From: Candidatus Nanopusillus acidilobi
GTDB taxonomy: Archaea > Nanobdellota > Nanobdellia > Nanobdellales > Nanobdellaceae
Length of the DNA: 32,000 bases
NCBI GenBank assembly: GCA_001552015.1
Contig: CP010514.1
Location: 60,001-92,000, forward strand
Reading direction: 5' to 3'
Below the pieces are notes generated by a model. That model worked only from the letters and a program-made list of their open reading frames with translations, searched no databases and had not been told where the DNA came from. Both the position numbers and the translations under genes were made by a program. Shown here piece after piece: positions 18,154 through 27,238 of the stretch. How positions within the stretch are numbered: the first letter of the stretch is position 1; each line of letters starts with the position of its first letter.

Positions 18154-21100
18154 ATGAAAAAGATATATTTATTATCATTTCTTTTATTTTTCTTATATTC
18201 AATTTTTTCTCAAGGATATAATATATGGCATTCAGAATCTTTATATAAACCAGTAACATTTTTAAGTATAAATTTATCAAGCAATAATTTATCTGTAGGT
18301 CAAACATTATATTATAACGTTTATATAAATTATAGAGATATTTATTATATACCAAATGCATCATTAGTAATACAAATAATACAAAAAAATGATAATAATA
18401 ATATTTATCCATTTCAATTTACCTCAGATAATGAGGTATATGAATATGTAATAAAAAATATATATTTACAACCGGGAGAATCATTAAATATGCCATTAAA
18501 TTATACAATTCCAGATAATTTACCTTCTGGATATTATTATATTGTTGTTTATTTATATACACCTTTAAGTGAAATAGATGGTTTACCATTTATATATTAT
18601 CCAGGAGTATATCAAGAATTTTATATATATAATCCAAATAATGTTCCAGAAATTTATATTGTAAAAAATGATACATATTTAAGTTCTCCTGCTTTATATA
18701 CATGGGGTAGTTTATTATCTTCATCAGGATATTATTATTCTTCATTAAGTGGACCTTCTGGATATGGTGTTTCAAATTATATTAATTTAACAGTTGGTAT
18801 ATATTCAAGTATAAATACAAATGCTACATTGAATATTTTAATATCTCCATGGGATGATATTTTATATAATCCAGTATACAATTATACTGAAGATATACAA
18901 TTAAATGAGGGATATAATATAATAAATATTCCATATATAAATGTTGCAACATTGAATCCAAATGCTTATTCATTAAAAATAACTTTATTATATAATAATC
19001 AAACAGAATCAATATATAGGTTAAGATTTATTGTTTTAGGTCCAACAACAAGGTTGGATGGTGTTTATTTACAAGGTAATGGAAATTTAACATTTATAGT
19101 AGCTCCATCTCCTGATCATTATACATATCCAGTTACTCCGAATGTAGTAGCAGAAGTTTATTCAAATACATTGGGATTTAATGAAAATATATATTTAGGA
19201 AATATAAGCTGGAATAGTACGCAATTTACTTATGTGAATTTACAATTACCATTGAATTCTACTAGCTTTGATTTATGTATAAATCTATATTCTAATAATA
19301 ATTTAGATTACGGATATTGTACATATTATATTATAAATCAATCAAATACTTATGGAATTCCATTAAATAATTTAATTTATGTAAATTATACAAATAATTA
19401 CTTCTATATATGTTCAAATATTTCTGGAATATTAAATATAGGATATAATTCTGAATCAAATGTAATATATACTGGAAATATAAATAATAATTGTTTAAAT
19501 TATACATTAGGGAATGGAGTTTATTATATTTCTTTCTATTCATCTCAATATTCAAATCTATGGATAATAAACAACACAATAATACAAAATAATATAAGTA
19601 TAACTAAAACTCAGCCAATAAGTAGTGTAAAAAGTTATTATAATTATACAAACTATTATTATTTAATAATATTAATAATTTTAATTGCAATAATATTATT
19701 TATGATATTGAGAAAGAAAAAATTATTTATCCTTTCATTAGTTTTATTACCACTATTATTTAATATACATTCTCAGGAACTATATCTAAGTTCAAATCAG
19801 ATATGTACGCCTTCAGATTCGTTAAATATAACAACACAAGGATTTAGTGGATTAGTAAATGTTTCTTATATATTTTATAATTCATCAAATCTTTCACAAA
19901 TTTTTGCAATTGGTAATTATAGTTATTTAGGTGACAATATATCCATTTATAATTATACTGTATATTTCAATAATTTAACATTAAATTTATCAAATAACAT
20001 AAATTCTACAATAATGGATTATAATATAACTGTTCAAAATTGTACATTAATTTCTTGTGATCAATATAATTATAATGGTTCAATATATCTAAATTATCCA
20101 TATTATTTTGAATATTATACAAATCCAATATATCAAGGATCTGATGATGCAGCACAAATAATCCCAGGTTGTCCTTCTTCAAATAACTTATTAAATAATA
20201 CATATTTTAACTTTACATTAGTTTTACCAAATGGAACAAGTATTATTACTAGAACAAACTGTCCTGGATCTGGGGATCCAGATTGGGGTCAGAATTTATG
20301 TGATCTATATGTAAGTAATTATGATACTAATACTGGAAATTATACATATTATGGAGAATATTATTACAATAATGTTTCATTTAATCAATCATTTATTAAT
20401 AATCCATTACAAATATTAGTAGCAAGTTCTGGAGAATTTACTAATCAATCATGTTCCCATGCATGGACACTAACAAGTACTAGTTCAAATCCTCTATCTA
20501 TAAGTTTCTCATATTATGGACCATATTCAGGAACATATTATACATATTATAATGGAATATATGTTTTAGCGCAAAATACTTCTGTAGGATTTAATGTAAA
20601 TGGTGGATATAACTGGTTGTGTAGTGATGGTAATACAAATACTAGTATACCTCCTGTTGCTGCTTGGTTATATAGTTCGAATCAATATTATAACCCAGAT
20701 TCATTTGCGTATGTACAAGGTATATCAAATTTACCATTCAACTTCACACAATATAATATAGATAGAAATGCTGTTTATAATATATATTCAAATGAGGGAT
20801 TATTAATTCCAGAAAGTTTTCCTCATGGTCCTTTTGGTAATTCTTACTTTACTTTATATAATTTTAGTGATAATGCAGGTTATTATGTAATATATCAAGA
20901 TTATTTAAAAACAATATGTAATAATCCATCAAATTATATATGTGATGCAAATGGAACTTTGTGTAATATTGGTCATATAGTAGGACAGGCAGAAGGATGG
21001 TTACCAATATCTCCAGAGCCAGGATATTATTTATTAGTAATAAATCCAAATGCTACTGTATATTTGCAAAATTTAACATATTATCCATATATTTATAATA

Positions 21101-22407
21101 TAAATCCTGGTGATGCAATTTATATTGGTAATATAACAAATGTTGGAATTGGAAATCTTACAATAAATATAAATTGGTCTCTTCCAAATGATCCAAATAG
21201 TAGTTTCTTATTACAGGAACAACAAATTTCTCCATTATATATTTATTTCCCAACAAATCTATGTCTACATCAAGATTGTACAGTAAATTATAGTGTAACA
21301 TATCAGAATTCATATGGATTAACAGTATATAGTCCTGTAACATATTATGGATATGTAAATATTAACTGGGATACATTAAATATATATACTAATCCATCAT
21401 TAACACAAGTAACATATGGACAACCTTCATATATAACATTAGCAGTACAAAATACAGGACCAGTACCTGCTGAAAATATATCTGTACAAAATGTATATTA
21501 TAATTCAAATTGTATACAAGTATTAAATACTGGAGGTCAAATAAATTCATTAAATACAAATCAAGTAGGTTACTTAAATGTAGAAATTAATATAACAAAT
21601 CCATATTGTTCTCCACAGGATTATAATATAACATTTACAGTTTATGGATGGAATACATACGTATATAATTATTCAATAATATTACCAATAAGTTATATAA
21701 TTTCTCCACCAAATGGAGCACAATTGCAATCAATAACAACATTTAATATAGTAGATGAGAATGCACAAACATGTTATATAATATTTAATGGAGCACAATT
21801 CTCTAGAAATTGTAATTCAGATTTCACATATCAGCAATCCATGTGTGCAGGATCATTATGTAATACTCAAATTCAATCAATAAATAATTATGCAAAATTC
21901 TATGAAAATTATGTATACTATAATTATTTAACTAATCAATCATCAATAATAGGAATAGCAATTGCATCAAATATAATAAGTTTATATGTTGGACAAGAGT
22001 ATATATATCCTGTCTTAATAAAGAATTTAGTACCAACAAATATTCAATGTTCTTTAGTACCAGTTCCATCAACTACAAATAATAAAGCAATTGTTACCAA
22101 TTATAGTATAAATGGAATAAGCAGTAATAATTTTGTTATAGGTCCTTATGGATCTTCAGAATTAGATATAAATATTTTAGGAACTTCTAGTGGTATAAGT
22201 AGTTTATTATATGGTGTAGTATGTAATTCTACATATGGTTCCTCTTCATTTAGTACTCAAGTTCCGATATATGTATTTGGGCCAAATAATTTAATAGCAA
22301 ACTATACTCAATCTCAAATAATAGTATCTGAGAAAATATCTCCAACAGGTTTAATTGGAATTGGAGGTTTAATAATAGGTTTATTAGCTTTGTTTAATAT
22401 AATCTAA
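18154..22407 (+). CDS. Giant 1417-aa surface protein: signal peptide, ectodomain 1, internal TM/second signal-like helix, Cys-containing ectodomain 2, C-terminal TM
   Basis: MKKIYLLSFLLFFLYSIFSQG...; internal YYYLIILIILIAIILFMILRKKKLFILSLVLLPLLFNIHSQE; C-term GLIGIGGLIIGLLALFNII. Many NxS/T sequons. Confidence 0.85.
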   Translation: MKKIYLLSFLLFFLYSIFSQGYNIWHSESLYKPVTFLSINLSSNNLSVGQTLYYNVYINYRDIYYIPNASLVIQIIQKNDNNNIYPFQFTSDNEVYEYVIKNIYLQPGESLNMPLNYTIPDNLPSGYYYIVVYLYTPLSEIDGLPFIYYPGVYQEFYIYNPNNVPEIYIVKNDTYLSSPALYTWGSLLSSSGYYYSSLSGPSGYGVSNYINLTVGIYSSINTNATLNILISPWDDILYNPVYNYTEDIQLNEGYNIINIPYINVATLNPNAYSLKITLLYNNQTESIYRLRFIVLGPTTRLDGVYLQGNGNLTFIVAPSPDHYTYPVTPNVVAEVYSNTLGFNENIYLGNISWNSTQFTYVNLQLPLNSTSFDLCINLYSNNNLDYGYCTYYIINQSNTYGIPLNNLIYVNYTNNYFYICSNISGILNIGYNSESNVIYTGNINNNCLNYTLGNGVYYISFYSSQYSNLWIINNTIIQNNISITKTQPISSVKSYYNYTNYYYLIILIILIAIILFMILRKKKLFILSLVLLPLLFNIHSQELYLSSNQICTPSDSLNITTQGFSGLVNVSYIFYNSSNLSQIFAIGNYSYLGDNISIYNYTVYFNNLTLNLSNNINSTIMDYNITVQNCTLISCDQYNYNGSIYLNYPYYFEYYTNPIYQGSDDAAQIIPGCPSSNNLLNNTYFNFTLVLPNGTSIITRTNCPGSGDPDWGQNLCDLYVSNYDTNTGNYTYYGEYYYNNVSFNQSFINNPLQILVASSGEFTNQSCSHAWTLTSTSSNPLSISFSYYGPYSGTYYTYYNGIYVLAQNTSVGFNVNGGYNWLCSDGNTNTSIPPVAAWLYSSNQYYNPDSFAYVQGISNLPFNFTQYNIDRNAVYNIYSNEGLLIPESFPHGPFGNSYFTLYNFSDNAGYYVIYQDYLKTICNNPSNYICDANGTLCNIGHIVGQAEGWLPISPEPGYYLLVINPNATVYLQNLTYYPYIYNINPGDAIYIGNITNVGIGNLTININWSLPNDPNSSFLLQEQQISPLYIYFPTNLCLHQDCTVNYSVTYQNSYGLTVYSPVTYYGYVNINWDTLNIYTNPSLTQVTYGQPSYITLAVQNTGPVPAENISVQNVYYNSNCIQVLNTGGQINSLNTNQVGYLNVEINITNPYCSPQDYNITFTVYGWNTYVYNYSIILPISYIISPPNGAQLQSITTFNIVDENAQTCYIIFNGAQFSRNCNSDFTYQQSMCAGSLCNTQIQSINNYAKFYENYVYYNYLTNQSSIIGIAIASNIISLYVGQEYIYPVLIKNLVPTNIQCSLVPVPSTTNNKAIVTNYSINGISSNNFVIGPYGSSELDINILGTSSGISSLLYGVVCNSTYGSSSFSTQVPIYVFGPNNLIANYTQSQIIVSEKISPTGLIGIGGLIIGLLALFNII

Positions 22408-22692
22408 TTTTTTCAATCTTTTTCTTATTTCCAATATTGCATCATGAATTGCAGCACCCAAAAATAATGTTGTTAATATATATAATTCATATAAATATGT
22501 AATCGTTCCAATTATTGCAGGTATTATTCCAAATGCTGATAAATATATATGATGTATTTTTGCTCTATATTCTTTTGTTCTTGTTTTAATTTCAATAAAG
22601 AATTCTGGTGAAAATTTCTTAATTATATAATCTGCTGAGAGATATCCTACTAAGAATGACAAGCTATAAGTCATTATTATGATATCATTCAT
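22384..22692 (-). CDS. Small membrane protein of unknown function
   Basis: 2-3 hydrophobic helices, basic C-term; overlaps the 3' end of the giant gene by 24 bp. Confidence 0.5.
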   Translation of the reverse strand: MNDIIIMTYSLSFLVGYLSADYIIKKFSPEFFIEIKTRTKEYRAKIHHIYLSAFGIIPAIIGTITYLYELYILTTLFLGAAIHDAILEIRKRLKKLDYIKQS

Positions 22693-22746
22693 TTTATAAT
22701 AATGTCGTTCATCATTTTAAAAAATTATATCATATAAATTATTTAC

Positions 22747-23031
22747 ATGGATCTAAAAATAATAAGTAGGGAAAATAATCAATTATTAAATAGAGAAGAA
22801 ATTATTGTTTTGATAGATCATAAAAATGAACCAACACCAAAGAGAGATGATATAAGGGAAAAAGTTTCTGCAATGATCGGAAAAGACAAAAATTTAATTG
22901 TAGTAGAAAAAATATTGACAGAATTTGGAAAACAAAGATCAAAAGCATTTATAAATGTATATCAGAATGAGGAAGATATGAAAAAATTAGAGCCAAAACA
23001 TATATTAAAAAGGAATAAAATTATACAATGA
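22747..23031 (+). CDS. rps24e: 30S ribosomal protein S24e
   Basis: [78 protein letters not shown]. Confidence 0.93.
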   Translation: MDLKIISRENNQLLNREEIIVLIDHKNEPTPKRDDIREKVSAMIGKDKNLIVVEKILTEFGKQRSKAFINVYQNEEDMKKLEPKHILKRNKIIQ

Positions 23032-23231
23032 GTGAAAAGAAAGATTTGAGAATATTAAAATTATACAAGGTTGAGGATAATAAAGTAATTAGATTGAAAA
23101 AAATATGCCCAAGATGTGGAAGATTTATGGCAGAACATGAAGATAGATATCATTGTGGATATTGTGGATATACAGAATTTAAGCAAAATATAGAAAGAAG
23201 ATATATAAAAGAAATTGGAATACAAATATAA
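23028..23231 (+). CDS. rps27ae: 30S ribosomal protein S27ae
   Basis: [28 protein letters not shown] zinc ribbon; 4-nt overlap with S24e. Confidence 0.92.
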   Translation: MSEKKDLRILKLYKVEDNKVIRLKKICPRCGRFMAEHEDRYHCGYCGYTEFKQNIERRYIKEIGIQI

Positions 23232-23535
23232 AATAAAATATTTTGGTCCTATTAGATCTTTTATTGGTTTAATGTTTCAATTACCAAAAAAGGATACAAT
23301 ATATATTTTAGATCTAAAAAAAGATGTTGAAGATGGTTTTGTTCATACATTTTTTTGTTTAAAACCATTAGATATTTATTTATATAATTCAAATTTTGAA
23401 TTGATTCAATATTATAAAAAATTAAAACCATTTAAGATTTTGATTCCCAAGAAAAAATTTAGATATATAATTGAAGGTTTGGATATAAATGATGATATGT
23501 TAAAATATTCAATAGAATATTTAAAATCTTTGTAA
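23215..23535 (+). CDS. DUF192/UPF0127-like protein
   Basis: [17 protein letters not shown]...[45 protein letters not shown] follows the DUF192 pattern. Start codon uncertain (TTG called). Confidence 0.6.
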   Translation: MEYKYKIKYFGPIRSFIGLMFQLPKKDTIYILDLKKDVEDGFVHTFFCLKPLDIYLYNSNFELIQYYKKLKPFKILIPKKKFRYIIEGLDINDDMLKYSIEYLKSL

Positions 23536-23907
23536 ATTATTAGTTAATATTTCTATTTCTACAAATAATTTATCAATCATACTTTTTATTTCTTTTATTC
23601 CATTATTTATTTGTCCAAGGATTTCTATTTTTATATTTGGTGTTATATATGGATTTCCACTTATTTCTTTATAATATAATGTTATATAATCTTTTATATT
23701 CTCTAAAATGCCTATTAATAATTTCATTGAATTTATCAAACTGTTAATTTCTTGCATTTGATAATTATATAAATAATATTGATTTCCACTAATATTTTTT
23801 TCATATTCATTTAATTTTTCTAATTGTAAAATATTGTTATTTATTTGTGATAATAAATTCCTGATTTGAGCTAATAACTGATTTTCTAAATCCTGAATAT
23901 CATCCAT
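23521..23907 (-). CDS. Coiled-coil protein of unknown function
   Basis: Long alternating hydrophobic/charged helices; overlaps the 3' end of the DUF192-like gene by 15 bp. Confidence 0.45.
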   Translation of the reverse strand: MDDIQDLENQLLAQIRNLLSQINNNILQLEKLNEYEKNISGNQYYLYNYQMQEINSLINSMKLLIGILENIKDYITLYYKEISGNPYITPNIKIEILGQINNGIKEIKSMIDKLFVEIEILTNNLQRF

Positions 23908-23940
23908 AATTAATTAATATTTTAACTATTTTATATTTTT

Positions 23941-23991
23941 TCAGGGAGGAGGTGTATTCATCATTTATTCAGTCGCGCGCAACATCATCAT
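23941..23991 (-). ncRNA. C/D box sRNA with two guide regions
   Basis: Minus strand ATGATGA (C) - TGTTGCGCGCGA (12 nt) - CTGA (D') - ATAA - ATGATGA (C') - ATACACCTCCTCC (13 nt) - CTGA (D). All four boxes match consensus with canonical spacing. Confidence 0.88.
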
Positions 23992-24602
23992 ATAAATTTT
24001 AGTATTCCTTCCTTTTTATCCTTATTTAATATTTCTTTTATTGTTTTAAAATCTTGATCAAGATATTCTCTCCATTCTTTATGATATAATGTAGATGCTG
24101 GATGTAATGTTGGAATTATTGTAACAATTTTTCCCCATTTATTTACCCTAAATATTTTTCCCCTTAATTTTGTTATTGAAGAAAATTTTAATTTAAAATA
24201 ATCAAAAACCCATTTTGTTGAGTAATGACCTAAAGTTACAATTATATCTGGTTGAATTATTTCTAATTGTTTTTCTAGCCAAATAGAACATGCCTTTATT
24301 TCTTCTTCTTCAGGTTCCCTATTTTCTGGAGGTCTGCATTTAACAACATTAGTTATATATACATCCTTTCTATCCATGTTTAATATATTTTTTATATTTT
24401 CGGTTAATACTTGTCCAGCTTTTCCAACAAAAGGTTTTCCTTGTTTGTCCTCTTCTCCACCTGGTGCTTCACCTATAAATAATATCTTTGAATTTGGATT
24501 TCCATCTCCTGGAACATAATTTGTTTTAAATTTATATAAAGGACATCTGGTACACTTTAATATTTGATTATTTAATTCTTCAATCATTTTTTCTTTATCC
24601 AT
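23988..24602 (-). CDS. Type-4 (Fe-S) uracil-DNA glycosylase
   Basis: CTRCPLYKFKTNYVPGDGNPNSKILFIGEAPGGEEDKQGKPFVGKAGQVL; NVVKCRPPENREP; TLHPAS. Four Cys consistent with a 4Fe-4S cluster. Confidence 0.92.
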   Translation of the reverse strand: MDKEKMIEELNNQILKCTRCPLYKFKTNYVPGDGNPNSKILFIGEAPGGEEDKQGKPFVGKAGQVLTENIKNILNMDRKDVYITNVVKCRPPENREPEEEEIKACSIWLEKQLEIIQPDIIVTLGHYSTKWVFDYFKLKFSSITKLRGKIFRVNKWGKIVTIIPTLHPASTLYHKEWREYLDQDFKTIKEILNKDKKEGILKFI

Positions 24603-24635
24603 TAAAAATATAAGTATGATAATTATTTTAGTTTA

Positions 24636-25466
24636 ATGTTCGCACATGCTCAGGGTGAATATGATAAATCTAAATGGATAATAGTAGGAATTCCATCTGA
24701 AATTGGTAGTTTATCTCATATAAAAAATTATATGGAAGGACCTGAATCTATTAGGGATGCATCTTATAGAATATTTTCTCCAATATTTGGAGAAATAAAT
24801 ATGGAAGAAATATATGATTATGGAGATATAGATTTAGAAGATATAAAAGATCTGAATAAATTATATGAGAAAATATATAATGAAATTAAAAAAATATATA
24901 GAAAGGATAAAAAATATATATTTTTAGGAGGAGATCATTCAATAACATATCCAATATTAAAAATTGTTAAAGAAAATTGGGAAGATTTTTATTTATTATA
25001 TTTTGATGCTCATCCAGATATTCATCCAGATCCATATCCAAATTATCAAAGTTTTATTTATCATTTAATAAAAGAAAATTACATTGAACCTGAAAAAATT
25101 ATCTATGTAGGTATATCTAATTTATCATTTGAAGAAAAGAATATAATAAAAGAATGGGGAATAAAGTATTATAATCCTTTAGATATTTGGGATAATATAA
25201 AAGAAATTTCAAAGGAAATATCAAATATATTGGAGAATAAAAATGTATATATTTCAATTGATATAGATGTATTTGATACTGGGTGTGGGCATTGGCTGGA
25301 AGGTATTGGAATTAGACCATATCATTATTTTAAGATTATAAAAGAATTAAGGAATATTAATTTAATTGGTTTTGATTTAGTAGAATTATTTTCAAATGAA
25401 GTATGTGATAATTTAGCATCAAAAATAGTAGTAGAAACTATTGCAATATTCAATAATAAAGTATAA
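24636..25466 (+). CDS. Agmatinase/arginase-family ureohydrolase
   Basis: FLGGDHSITYPI; FDAHPDIHPD; ISIDIDVFDTG metal-binding motifs. Confidence 0.85.
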   Translation: MFAHAQGEYDKSKWIIVGIPSEIGSLSHIKNYMEGPESIRDASYRIFSPIFGEINMEEIYDYGDIDLEDIKDLNKLYEKIYNEIKKIYRKDKKYIFLGGDHSITYPILKIVKENWEDFYLLYFDAHPDIHPDPYPNYQSFIYHLIKENYIEPEKIIYVGISNLSFEEKNIIKEWGIKYYNPLDIWDNIKEISKEISNILENKNVYISIDIDVFDTGCGHWLEGIGIRPYHYFKIIKELRNINLIGFDLVELFSNEVCDNLASKIVVETIAIFNNKV

Positions 25467-25482
25467 TTAATCTTTGAAAAAT

Positions 25483-26553
25483 TTAAATATGATTTTTATA
25501 TATGGAATGTATATAAATTATTACTAATCCTATAATTGCTAATATTAGTAAGTTTATTGAAAATAAAATTATGAATAAAGGAAAATTAATTAAAATTCCT
25601 TGATAAATATAGTAGAAATAATTTACGAAATTCATTAATATAAATGGTATTCCTGAAACAATTCCCAAAATTATTTTTTTACTGTCTGGAAACCTATGAT
25701 ATAAATATGCGTGAATTGCGGTAAAGAAAAATAAAAACATGATTATAATATTTTGAATAATATAAATTATATTGATTTTTGTTAAGAAAAATAGAATTGT
25801 AAAGAAGATAAATAGAAATATTATTAATATTAAAATATACATTGTGAACCCTTCTGGCTTATTATCAAATATTCTTTTAATCATAATCATTAAAATAAAT
25901 TCCAATATTGAGAATAAGGATATAATAAATAATATTAAAATATTTTGAACAATTAAAGAAAGTATTAACTGTATAGATAAAAAAAGAGAAATTATGGAGA
26001 AGATAGTTTGTTTATATTTGTTTAAAAAATTTAATGAACTTAAATGATATATTTTTTTATCATCTAAATTGAATAAAAATCCTAGAAGGGATATAAAAAA
26101 TAGAGAATAAATATTTATAATATTATATAATGTTATATATAAAACATATATTAGAGAAACTATTAATATTATTATTTGTTTTCTATTTATAGATAATTTA
26201 TTCTCTGCGACAAAATTTCCAAAGAAATAAAATAAAATAAATGAAAAAAATACATAAACAAAATATTTAAGTAAAATATTATTAAAAATATTTAATATAG
26301 GTAATAAAAAAATTAATAAATATAAAATTTTTATCATATTGAATTTTGTGTTTTTCAAGAAATAATATAAAACAAATAAGTAAAATATTCCAAATAAGAT
26401 ATAATATAAATTTGTAAAAAATAATATAGATATTGGGAATATTATTAAATATAATATAAGTATATGTTTATTGATATTTTTGTTTTCGTCAATTAATCTA
26501 TCTATGATAGTTTCGCCCATTATATATAGAAATTCATTAAAACTTTTATGCAA
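25483..26553 (-). CDS. Polytopic membrane protein (paralogue of 28477..29577)
   Basis: About 10 hydrophobic helices; FGNFVAENKLSINRKQIIILIVSLIYVLYI and LFFFTAIHAYLYHRFPDSKKIILGIVSG segments align with the second copy. Confidence 0.7.
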   Translation of the reverse strand: MHKSFNEFLYIMGETIIDRLIDENKNINKHILILYLIIFPISILFFTNLYYILFGIFYLFVLYYFLKNTKFNMIKILYLLIFLLPILNIFNNILLKYFVYVFFSFILFYFFGNFVAENKLSINRKQIIILIVSLIYVLYITLYNIINIYSLFFISLLGFLFNLDDKKIYHLSSLNFLNKYKQTIFSIISLFLSIQLILSLIVQNILILFIISLFSILEFILMIMIKRIFDNKPEGFTMYILILIIFLFIFFTILFFLTKINIIYIIQNIIIMFLFFFTAIHAYLYHRFPDSKKIILGIVSGIPFILMNFVNYFYYIYQGILINFPLFIILFSINLLILAIIGLVIIYIHSIYKNHI

Positions 26554-27193
26554 TTCTAAAATATGTTTGATTAATTCTTTCTAAATATACTGTTGCAAAT
26601 TGATAAAAAGTAATATTATTTATTGAATAACATGGTATATAATTACATATGATATTTCCATTTGTATTTTCTGTACATGTTATATTTCCAGATAAATTTG
26701 TTGGGAATAAAAATACAAATGTTTGATTTGATGTATTTTCATTACTTAAACAGAAACTATATAAAAAATAATAGAAATCTGAATAATAATTTTTGCATAT
26801 TGTTAATTTAATATAATCTAAAGAATAATATATGGAAATCGGATATATATATGTATTACAATTTCCATTAAAGTTTATTATTCCAAAACTATAATTATCT
26901 ATTTCTGCTCTAAATGTATAAGGAAATATTGTACAATTTGGAAGTTCATTATAATATGTTTGATTAAATTGTTCTATTTTATCTAGAGTTGTAAAATATA
27001 TTGGATAATTTGGATATCCTAAACAATTTGGGGAAAATAGATCATATATTATTTCTTGTTCATATGAAAAAGAAGTTTGTTCTTTATAATTTGTTAAATT
27101 TATATTGGAAAATATAGCTAATAAAATTATCATTCCAACTAAAAATAATACTGTTAATATTGTTATAAATATGATAGATAGTTGTTCTTTCAT
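26546..27193 (-). CDS. Surface protein with pilin/TadE-like short N-terminus plus TM, Cys-containing ectodomain
   Basis: MKEQLSIIFITILTVLFLVGMIILLAIFS, then a Cys/Asn/Tyr-rich ectodomain. Confidence 0.65.
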   Translation of the reverse strand: MKEQLSIIFITILTVLFLVGMIILLAIFSNINLTNYKEQTSFSYEQEIIYDLFSPNCLGYPNYPIYFTTLDKIEQFNQTYYNELPNCTIFPYTFRAEIDNYSFGIINFNGNCNTYIYPISIYYSLDYIKLTICKNYYSDFYYFLYSFCLSNENTSNQTFVFLFPTNLSGNITCTENTNGNIICNYIPCYSINNITFYQFATVYLERINQTYFRIA

Positions 27194-27238
27194 TTTATAG
27201 TAATTTTATATAATAAATATATTTTTTGTTTTTCTTTT

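Noticed and set aside
18590-21343. Series of 61-82-aa minus-strand ORFs inside the 1417-aa gene (18590, 18824, 19331, 20006, 20864, 21158)
   Set aside because: Short Tyr/Leu/Asn-rich antisense frames typical of AT-rich DNA, all within one continuous sense ORF.
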